Shown: positions 8,812 to 16,520 of the stretch, in pieces
Layout of the letters: every line of letters starts with the position of its first letter
How positions within the stretch are numbered: position 1 is the stretch's first letter
Origin: Dehalococcoidia bacterium
GTDB lineage: Bacteria; Chloroflexota; Dehalococcoidia; Lucifugimonadales; UBA3495
Assembly (NCBI GenBank): GCA_965205495.1
Contig: CBDBHA010000001.1
Span: 264,091 to 328,090, forward strand
Direction: 5' to 3'
DNA length: 64,000 nt
Position numbers and translations under genes: made by a program
Notes under the pieces: model-generated
Told to the model about the DNA's origin: nothing
Seen by the model: the letters and a program-made list of their open reading frames with translations, nothing else
The model's database searches: none

Positions 8812-9441
8812 ATGAGGAAATTCTTCGCGTTTGTTTCGTTGGTTGGGTTGGTGATGGGGGTTTTGCTGTTTGGCGGGGTGGATCGGACTTACGCCTGTCT
8901 CTGTGCGTTGCCGGGAAGTCCTGCCGAGGAGTTGGAAAGTGCGGCGGCGGTGTTTGCCGGCGAGGTGGTGTCGGTGCGGGAGGCTGAGGCGACTTTGGGG
9001 ATGATTTCTTCGGCGGATCCGACGACGGTGGAATTTCGAACCATCAGAGTCTGGAAGGGGCCGTCCGGCGGGACTCAGACCTTGACCACCGCCCGATCGG
9101 GGATAAGCTGCGGCTTCAGCTTCGTCAAGGGTCGGGAGTACATCGTTTATTCTTATGACGGGTCTACGGTTTATACATGCAGCAGGACGGCGTTGTTAGC
9201 GCTGGCGGCACCGGACCTGGCGGAACTTGGACGAGGTGGGAAGCCCGATGCCGGGGATGGGTCCGGTTCTCCGGCGGGCGGGGGTTGTGGGTTGGGGGGG
9301 GGGGGGGCCGGCGGTAACAGGCTCTGGGGTGGTGGATGTGGCGGTTTTGGGGCTGCTGGTGGGGTTGGTGTGGCTGGGGTTGGGGCGGCGGTAGCGGTAG
9401 GAGATGGGCTAACCACATTGGAAAGTTGGGAATATAGATAA
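8812..9441 (+). CDS. Secreted TIMP-like (N-terminal Cys-x-Cys, OB-fold-like) protein with a Gly-rich tail
   Basis: Signal peptide MRKFFAFVSLVGLVMGVLLFGG..TYA followed by CLCA. Also AAAVFAGEVVSV, IRVWKG, SCGFSFVKGREYIVYS, CSRT. A G14 tract at 9294-9307 makes the C-terminal frame uncertain. Confidence 0.55.
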   Translation: MRKFFAFVSLVGLVMGVLLFGGVDRTYACLCALPGSPAEELESAAAVFAGEVVSVREAEATLGMISSADPTTVEFRTIRVWKGPSGGTQTLTTARSGISCGFSFVKGREYIVYSYDGSTVYTCSRTALLALAAPDLAELGRGGKPDAGDGSGSPAGGGCGLGGGGAGGNRLWGGGCGGFGAAGGVGVAGVGAAVAVGDGLTTLESWEYR

Positions 9442-9491
9442 ACCTTCCCGAAGATATTGTGGCTCGTCTTCATTATCGTTTATCGCGCTGT

Positions 9492-9500
9492 TGCTATAAT
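9492..9500 (+). promoter_or_regulatory. Extended -10 promoter (TGcTATAAT) for the ParA-like/HEPN pair
   Basis: TG at 9492-9493 and a perfect TATAAT at 9495-9500, 28 nt upstream of the ATG at 9529. GGAG RBS lies 7 nt before the ATG. Confidence 0.5.
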
Positions 9501-9528
9501 GGCAACAGGTTTGGCCTGGAGACGGAAT

Positions 9529-10578
9529 ATGACAAAGCGGATCGCCCTGTTCAATCATAAAGGTGGCGTTAGCAAGACAACCACCACCTTCAACCTCGGG
9601 TGGATGCTGGCGGAAAAAGGGCATAGGGTTGTACTTGTGGATGCTGACCCACAATGTAACTTGACCGGGATGGTATTCGGCTTTGGTGGCCCAGAACTTG
9701 AGGACTTCTACGAGAACGAGAAGGGACGCAACCTAAAAGACGGATTGGCTCCGGCATTTGAGTCCAGACCTGAACCTCTTAAGGCGGTAAACTGCGTTCC
9801 GGTTGCTGCGCGGGATGGGCTTTTTCTCCTGCCTGGCCACATCGGGCTATCCGAATACGAAGTCACCTTGGGAATTGCCCAGGAACTCTCCGGTTCGATC
9901 CAGACACTCCAGAATCTGCCGGGTTCTATAGCCCGCCTACTTGAGTTGACAGCCGACAATCATGGAGCGGACTATGTCCTAGTAGACCTTAATCCAAGCC
10001 TTAGTTCATTGAACCAGAACTTGCTGCTGACGAGCGACGGCTTCATCGTTCCAACCAATCCAGACTATTTTTCAGCTATGGCGGTTCAATCACTGGCCAG
10101 AGTCTTGCCAGATTGGGGAAAATGGGCAAAGCGTGCGACACAATTCCACGTCCTGAGGGACGCCGTGTATCCATTTCCCGATGTAACTCCCAAATTCCTG
10201 GGTACCATTGTCCAAAACTACCGTCCCAGAGACGGCAAACCCGCCAGCGCTTTTCAAACGTGGATTGAAAAGATTGACGCGACCGTATCCGATGACTTGT
10301 TTCCACGACTGAAGGAAGCGGATATGACACTTCCTGAACATATCTATGTCGAATGCGGATTAGAGAATCTTTGTCTAGCCAGGATTTCCGACTTCAATTC
10401 TTTAATTGCCAAATCGCAAGAACATCAAACCCCGGTGTATGCGTTGACCCCCGCGCAAATAGCCCAGCGCGGTTCGGTGCTTAGTAAAACGGTAGAGTCG
10501 AGGGATAACTTCAAGGACATATTTTCCGATTTAGCGGATAAGGTCGTCTCTCTAATGGGTCATGCAAATAACCCTTGA
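9529..10578 (+). CDS. ParA/MinD-superfamily P-loop ATPase, about 349 aa with a long C-terminal extension
   Basis: Deviant Walker A: MTKRIALFNHKGGVSKTTTTFNLG. Also VLVDADPQCN and Walker B-like YVLVDLNPS. Start set at the Met preceded by GGAG. Visibly lower GC than the flanks. Confidence 0.8.
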   Translation: MTKRIALFNHKGGVSKTTTTFNLGWMLAEKGHRVVLVDADPQCNLTGMVFGFGGPELEDFYENEKGRNLKDGLAPAFESRPEPLKAVNCVPVAARDGLFLLPGHIGLSEYEVTLGIAQELSGSIQTLQNLPGSIARLLELTADNHGADYVLVDLNPSLSSLNQNLLLTSDGFIVPTNPDYFSAMAVQSLARVLPDWGKWAKRATQFHVLRDAVYPFPDVTPKFLGTIVQNYRPRDGKPASAFQTWIEKIDATVSDDLFPRLKEADMTLPEHIYVECGLENLCLARISDFNSLIAKSQEHQTPVYALTPAQIAQRGSVLSKTVESRDNFKDIFSDLADKVVSLMGHANNP

Positions 10579-11209
10579 ATTATTCCGAGCCAATATCCGG
10601 CGGTCACGGGATCTAGTTAACCTTTTCCTGGCAATGGGCAATCAAACCACGGCAGCATTGGACCTTTCCGACATCCTGCGAGCTGCCCTGGTAATGTCGG
10701 TGAGTGCTTTGGATCACTTTGTTCACGAGATCGTTAGATTGGGTATGCTTGAGGCCTACCAGGGGTACAGGGCTAGAACTGGGGCATTCTTGCAGTTTCC
10801 AGTCACGATTGAAAGTGTGATTGGTTTGCCTTCCAACTTTGAATTCGAGGATCGGTTGGATAGCCACATTAGAGCCCGTCACGGCTATCGAACCTTTCAA
10901 CTGCCGGGCCAAATCGCCGACGCAGTCCGCCTGATCTCGGATGTGGAGTTATGGAACGAATTATCCGGACTTACTGGTATGGAAAGACGAGACTTGACAG
11001 ATACCCTCATTCTTATCGTTCAATGCCGCAATAAAATTGCCCATGAGGCGGACATCATGCCTGACTACGCTGGGCAGTTGGTAAATTCAGATTCGCGCTC
11101 TCCTATAGACGAAAATACCGTGAATCAAGCCGTAGACACCATTGAGCGAATCGCCGAGGGGATTTATGGCTTGGTTTCGTTAACCGATTCGGCCGCATCA
11201 ACTGGCTGA
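10562..11209 (+). CDS. Putative HEPN-domain protein (Rx4H motif RNKIAH)
   Basis: 215 aa. Overlaps the upstream ATPase gene by 17 nt. Helix-rich composition. C-proximal CRNKIAHE (R156..H161, nt 11027-11044) fits the HEPN Rx4-6H motif with a polar residue after R. Confidence 0.55.
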   Translation: MQITLELFRANIRRSRDLVNLFLAMGNQTTAALDLSDILRAALVMSVSALDHFVHEIVRLGMLEAYQGYRARTGAFLQFPVTIESVIGLPSNFEFEDRLDSHIRARHGYRTFQLPGQIADAVRLISDVELWNELSGLTGMERRDLTDTLILIVQCRNKIAHEADIMPDYAGQLVNSDSRSPIDENTVNQAVDTIERIAEGIYGLVSLTDSAASTG

Positions 11210-11240
11210 GTCAACATAATTCACGCTCCAAGGAGGAACT

Positions 11241-12575
11241 ATGGCCACCATTCTTGAAGAGTACATTGCCAAGCACCCGGGGTCGGCTCGGCGGTATGGC
11301 GAGGCCACCCAACTTTTCCCGGGGGGCGTGACCCACGATAACCGGTACGCCGAACCGTTCCCGCTGTACATAACCCACGGTGTCGGGCCGCGAAAGTGGG
11401 ATGTGGATGGGAACGAGTACATCGACTACGTTTCCGGGCACGGGGCATTGATACTGGGGCACTCGCATCCGGCCATCGCCAGCGCAGTCGCGGAGCAGAT
11501 GGGCCGGGGGACGCACCTGGGGGCTTGCACCGATGAAGAGCTACGGTGGGGGCGGGCGATTCAGGTGTTGATGCCGTCGGTGGAGCGGGTGCGGTTTCAC
11601 AGTTCGGGGACCGAAGCGACGTTGATGGCGATGCGGCTGGCCCGGGCGTATACCGGGAAGAACAAGGTAATCAAGTTGCAGGACCATTTTCACGGCTGGC
11701 ATGACTACGCCATGGCCGGTTCGGACCGTGCGGCGCCGGGGATTCCGCCGGAGACCTTTGGCAGCATGGTAATTGTCCCGCCGGGGGACCTGGCGGCGGT
11801 GGAAGACGCGCTGAAGCGGGACCGGGAGATTGCGGCGTTGATCCTGGAGCCGACCGGGGCGCACTACGGGCAGCTTCCTTTTGACGTGCCGGCTTACTTG
11901 AAAGGGCTCAGGGAGCTGACCGAGCAACACGGGGTGGTGCTGATATTTGACGAGGTGGTTACGGGGTTTCGGGCCGCCCCGGGCGGGGCGCAGGAACGGT
12001 ATGGGGTTGCTCCCGACCTTACCACAATGGCCAAGATTGTGGCGGGGGCGCTGCCCGGCGGCGCGGTGGGAGGAAAGGGCGAGATCGTGGACATGATTGC
12101 CTTCCGGGGAGACCCGGAGTGGGACAACCAACGCCGGGTGTACCATCCTGGGACTTTCAACGCCAATCCGTTGTCGGCAGTGGCCGGGGCGACTTGTTTG
12201 GAGATAATCGCGTCGCAACCCATCAACCAGCAGGCCGACGCCGTGGCCGACCGGTTGAAGCGGGGATTGAACGACATTTTTGGCCGGATGGAGGTCCCGG
12301 GTCACGCCCACGGCATCGCGTCGATGATTCACGTGGTGTTGGAAGACTGCGACTGCGACCGGGAAATTTGCACGATGCCCCACCGGCAGATCAAGCAGGC
12401 CACGGCGTCGCCCGCGGTGACGGCGTTCAAGCGGGGTCTGCTGAACCAGGGGGTGGACATAATGGGCCGGGACGCCTTTTTGGTGTCGGCCACCCACACG
12501 GAGGGGGACATCGACCTAACCCTGGAAGCGGTGGAGCGGACGTTGGAACTGGTGCGGGGAGAGGGGCTGGTCTAG
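11241..12575 (+). CDS. Class-III aminotransferase (glutamate-1-semialdehyde aminomutase-like)
   Basis: 444 aa. FPGGV, YIDYVSGHGALILGH, FHSSGTEA, FDEVVTGFR. AAGGAGG RBS. Confidence 0.8.
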   Translation: MATILEEYIAKHPGSARRYGEATQLFPGGVTHDNRYAEPFPLYITHGVGPRKWDVDGNEYIDYVSGHGALILGHSHPAIASAVAEQMGRGTHLGACTDEELRWGRAIQVLMPSVERVRFHSSGTEATLMAMRLARAYTGKNKVIKLQDHFHGWHDYAMAGSDRAAPGIPPETFGSMVIVPPGDLAAVEDALKRDREIAALILEPTGAHYGQLPFDVPAYLKGLRELTEQHGVVLIFDEVVTGFRAAPGGAQERYGVAPDLTTMAKIVAGALPGGAVGGKGEIVDMIAFRGDPEWDNQRRVYHPGTFNANPLSAVAGATCLEIIASQPINQQADAVADRLKRGLNDIFGRMEVPGHAHGIASMIHVVLEDCDCDREICTMPHRQIKQATASPAVTAFKRGLLNQGVDIMGRDAFLVSATHTEGDIDLTLEAVERTLELVRGEGLV

Positions 12576-12604
12576 CTGCTGGGGTTGAAGCGGCGCGTGA
12601 GGGC

Positions 12605-12640
12605 GGACGGGGCATTTTATGTGCCGTCGGTGCTTTTCTG
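12605..12640 (+). terminator. Probable intrinsic terminator
   Basis: Imperfect hairpin ggacggggca/tgccgtcgg followed by tgcttttctg. Confidence 0.4.
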
Positions 12641-12696
12641 CTAGAATCCTGGTGTTTCCCCGGACCTAAAATGCCAACAAAAATGGGAGGTGGTTT

Positions 12697-13422
12697 ATGC
12701 CGTCATTTTGGGAGAATCTTCAAGTAGATGGGCAGGATATGGCGGTTTATTCCAGCGTGCCCAGCGGCTCCGGTCCTTTTCCGGCGGTGGTCATTGCTCA
12801 TCCGGCCAGCGGAGTGGCGGAGTTTACCCAGAGCATCGCCGACCGGCTGGCGGAAGCGGGTTACGCAGCGGCGGCGCCGGACCTGTTCCACCGAGTCACC
12901 GAGGAGATGATGGCCGATGGGACGGCCCGCAACGCCTTTTTGCAGGACGCGGAGATTGTCGCCGACATCAACGCCACGGTGGACTGGCTGCAGGGGCATC
13001 CGGCTATTGTGGGCGAGTCAGTTGGAATAATCGGCTTCTGCATGGGTGGGCGGGTAGCCTGGCTGGCGGGGGCGACCAACCCGCATCTGCAAGCGGTGGT
13101 GCCCTACTACCCGGGCAATCTTTGGGCGGCAAGGGGCGACGGCCGAGAGTCGCCGTATGAGTTGGCCAACGGGATTCAAGCTCCCATGCTGGTCCATTTT
13201 GGGGAGGTGGACGAGAACCCCTCCCAGGACGACATGCGGAAACTGGATGCGGAGTTGGACCGGTTGGGTAAGGCCCACCAGTTTTATACCTATCCAGGGG
13301 CGGGCCATGCTTTCATGGACTTTGGCCAGCCGCCTCGGTACCAGCGGGAGGCCGCCGATGCTTCATGGCCGCGAACGTTGGAGTTTTTCGCGGCGCACCT
13401 GAGCGGGATGGCGGCGGCCTAA
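12697..13422 (+). CDS. Dienelactone hydrolase family protein (paralog 1)
   Basis: 241 aa. GPFPAVV, GFCMGG nucleophile elbow, YPGAGHAF. Confidence 0.8.
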   Translation: MPSFWENLQVDGQDMAVYSSVPSGSGPFPAVVIAHPASGVAEFTQSIADRLAEAGYAAAAPDLFHRVTEEMMADGTARNAFLQDAEIVADINATVDWLQGHPAIVGESVGIIGFCMGGRVAWLAGATNPHLQAVVPYYPGNLWAARGDGRESPYELANGIQAPMLVHFGEVDENPSQDDMRKLDAELDRLGKAHQFYTYPGAGHAFMDFGQPPRYQREAADASWPRTLEFFAAHLSGMAAA

Positions 13423-13477
13423 CCCGGCAGCCGGGCCGGGGAAAAGTTGCAGATAATTGGAGTAGGAGGGTAACCGT

Positions 13478-14209
13478 ATGCCATCTTTCTGGGAGAAGCT
13501 TGAAGTAGACGGCAGTGAAATGGACCTTTACGCCAGCGTGCCCAGCGGGTCGGGGCCATTTCCGGCGGTGATAGTCAGCCAGCATGGTGGAGGGGTGGAC
13601 CAGTTCATTCAGACCATCTGCGACCGGCTGGCCGAGGCGGGATATGCCGGGGTTGCGCCGAGCCTGTACCACCGGGTTGCGCCGGAGGTTTTGGGTGGGG
13701 ACCCGCGGCCCAGCCCCTGGGACGTGCTCAACGACCCGGAGACCATCGCCGATATTGGGGCGACGGTGGAGTTTTTGCGGGCCCATCCGGGGATTGACGG
13801 GGAGCGCATTGGCATTACCGGGTTCTGCATGGGGGGACGGGAAGCCTGGCTGGGGGCGGCTACCAACCCGCACATCAAGGCCGCCGCGCCCTACTACGGC
13901 GGGAACATTCTGGTGCCCTGGGGTTCGGGAACGCAGTCGCCTTTCGAGTTGGCCGGCGGCATCAAGTGTCCGGTGCTGTTCCACTTTGGAGAACTGGACG
14001 TTAACCCTTCGCCGGACGACATGAAGACCTTTGACGATGAACTGGCGCGACTGGGGATTCCCCACACGTTCTTCACGTACCCAGGAGCGAACCATGCTTT
14101 TATGGACTTCACGGCGGGGCGGTTCCACCAGGAATCTTCGGATACATCCTGGCCGCGGACGCTGGAGTTTTTCGACCAACACCTAAAGGGGGCGGCGGTG
14201 GCCAGCTAG
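13478..14209 (+). CDS. Dienelactone hydrolase family protein (paralog 2)
   Basis: 243 aa. Collinear with paralog 1 (MPSFWEKLEVDG.., GFCMGG, YPGANHAF). Confidence 0.8.
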   Translation: MPSFWEKLEVDGSEMDLYASVPSGSGPFPAVIVSQHGGGVDQFIQTICDRLAEAGYAGVAPSLYHRVAPEVLGGDPRPSPWDVLNDPETIADIGATVEFLRAHPGIDGERIGITGFCMGGREAWLGAATNPHIKAAAPYYGGNILVPWGSGTQSPFELAGGIKCPVLFHFGELDVNPSPDDMKTFDDELARLGIPHTFFTYPGANHAFMDFTAGRFHQESSDTSWPRTLEFFDQHLKGAAVAS

Positions 14210-14278
14210 CCTGGCTTGCGGTTGCCGGGATAACCGACCAAGGGGAATTGACGAACCGTTTAATGAGAGGACGTTGTA

Positions 14279-14788
14279 ATGGCAAGAGTATCTTATAACC
14301 TGGAAGACAAGGACGACCTTAAGGCGCTGGGGACCTCGGGCTGGCGGCGAGCCATGGGGCTGGTGCCCGGCGAGCCGAACCAAGGTCTGGTGGCGGAATT
14401 GAAGGAGACGCCGGCCCGGACCGCCGACTATGACGATTCGGGGTGGGACAAGGACGTGGACATTCAAGACCGGCTGTCGACGGGCTTGACCTTTGCCTGG
14501 TACCGGATCAATGTGACCGTTCCCGCCGACGCGAAGGGGGAGAGCATGGATGGCCGCCGGTGCTGGTTTGAGACCAACGTGGACAACTACGGCGAGGTCT
14601 ACATCGACGGGGCCATCGACCGGAACCAGGGAGTGGTAACGGGGAACAACGTGGGGAAGCGGCTTATAGTGGCGGACCCGGCGACTCCCGGCGCCACCCA
14701 CACCATCGCGGTGCTGGTGGGGAACGCCCCTCTGGGAGAGCCGGTGGGCACCATTTTCATGCGTTACGCCACGCTGGCTTTTGAGTAA
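14279..14788 (+). CDS. Hypothetical protein, galactose-binding-domain-like jelly roll
   Basis: 169 aa. DDSGW ... FAWYRINVTVP ... NVDNYGEVYIDG resembles a GH2 sugar-binding-type module. Confidence 0.5.
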   Translation: MARVSYNLEDKDDLKALGTSGWRRAMGLVPGEPNQGLVAELKETPARTADYDDSGWDKDVDIQDRLSTGLTFAWYRINVTVPADAKGESMDGRRCWFETNVDNYGEVYIDGAIDRNQGVVTGNNVGKRLIVADPATPGATHTIAVLVGNAPLGEPVGTIFMRYATLAFE

Positions 14789-14903
14789 CCGTTAACTCGG
14801 CGGGTCCGGTCCGGCTTCTCCGGTGGGGGAAGGTACGGGCCGGACCGCAATTATGGCCCCTAAGCAAGAAACCGCGGCCCTGGAGCCGCCGGAGCAGATT
14901 GTT

Positions 14904-16388
14904 ATGACCAGCAGGTCCTTTGCGGGTAAGGTAAGCGCTCCCGAGTTTCCCGACGGGTTGGAATGGGTCAACACGGACCGTCCGTTGACGCTAGCTGAGC
15001 TGCGGGGAAAGATAGTCATTCTGGACTTTTGGACCTACTGTTGAATCAACTGCGTTCATGTGTTTCCGCAGTTGCGGAAAATCGAAGAGAAGTACGTCAA
15101 TGAATTGGCGGTAATTGGGGTCCACTCGGCCAAGTTCCCCAACGAGAAAGAGAAGGAAAATCTTTACAAGGCGGTGCAGCGGAACGAGCTGCGGCACCCG
15201 GTTTTGAACGACTCGGAGTTTCAGGTATGGAAGCAGTACGCGTGCCGGGCCTGGCCGACGATGATGTTCATCGACCCGGAAGGGAAGGTCATCGGCAAGC
15301 ACGAAGGAGAGATTGCCTTCGAGTCGTTGGACCAATTGATAACCAACATGGTGTCGGAATTTGACGCCGAAGGGTTGATTCGCCGGACTTCGTTGGGGTT
15401 GGCGGTGGATGACGCGCCGGCGGAGCTGCTCTCCTTCCCGGGCAAGGTCCTGGCGGATGGGGCGTCGGAGAGATTGTTCATCGCCGACACCAACCACAAC
15501 CGGGTCCTGGTTACGTCGTTGGACGGCCAGGTGCAGCAGGTGTTGGGTTCGGGCAGAGTGGGGTTGGACGATGGAAGCGGGGGAGTGGCCACGTTCAACC
15601 ACCCCCAGGGGATGGCGCTGGACGGGGATACGCTGTACGTGGCGGATGCGGAGAATCATGCCATCCGCCGGGTGGATCTAGCGGCGGGGCAGGTTGCTAC
15701 CATCGCAGGGAACGGGAACCAGGGTCACCAGCGGGAGGGCCGGGGGCCCGGCTTGCAGATGGAGTTGAACTCGCCCTGGGACTTGGTGTACCACGATCAG
15801 GCGTTGTACATCGCCATGGCCGGCACCCACCAGCTTTGGTCGATGACGCTGGGAAACCAGCAGGTGGGGCCCTACGCCGGGACCGGCGGGGAGAACATCA
15901 CCAACGGGCCGCTGGCCACCGCGACGCTGGCGCAACCCAGCGGGATAACCACCGACGGCGAAAAGCTGTACTTTGTTGACAGCGAGACCAGCTCGGTGCG
16001 GTCGGCGGACCTGGACCCCAACGGGCGGGTGGCGACCATAGTGGGGCTGGACCTTTTTGTATTCGGGGACCAGGACGGGGCCGACCACAACGTGCGGTTG
16101 CAGCACCCCCAGGGGATTGCCTGGCTGGACGGGACCATCTATATCGCGGACACCTACAACCACAAAGTTAAGCGGGTGTTGCCGCAGACGCGGAGCGTTT
16201 TTACCCTGTTGGGCACCGGACAGGCGGGGATGGAGGACGGGCCGGGGAAGCAAGCGAGGTTTTCCGAACCCAGCGGGTTGAGCTTTGCGGGCGGGAAACT
16301 GTTCATCGCCGACACCAACAACCATGCCGTTCGGGTGGCCGACCTGGAGGCGGACCGGGTGTGGACCCTGGAGATAAGCGGGCTTTAA
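14904..16388 (+). CDS. Thioredoxin-fold + NHL-repeat protein (NHLRC2-like), with an in-frame TGA (15042-15044) read as selenocysteine
   Basis: ORFs 14823..15044 and 15060..16388 are in the same frame, separated only by TGA. Context DFWTYC-TGA-INC corresponds to the family CxxC redox motif. Downstream [12 protein letters not shown] and repeated NHL blades (FNHPQG, LNSPWD, LAQPSG, LQHPQG, FSEPSG). Start could be 14853 or 14904; GGAG lies 9 nt before 14904. Confidence 0.7.
15047..15074 (+). promoter_or_regulatory. Candidate bacterial SECIS hairpin
   Basis: Perfect 8-bp stem caactgcg (15047-15054) / cgcagttg (15067-15074) with a 12-nt loop ttcatgtgtttc. It begins 3 nt after the TGA. Confidence 0.5.
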
Positions 16389-16520
16389 CGGTTATGGGGC
16401 CGCCGGGGGCCAGGGGCTTGGATGCAGCTTAAAGTCCTGGGAACGGCGGCAAGCCCGATGAGGTACAATGGCCGGACTTAACTGCTGACCCCATTCTGCG
16501 CCCCGGGAGACGGCCTCTTC

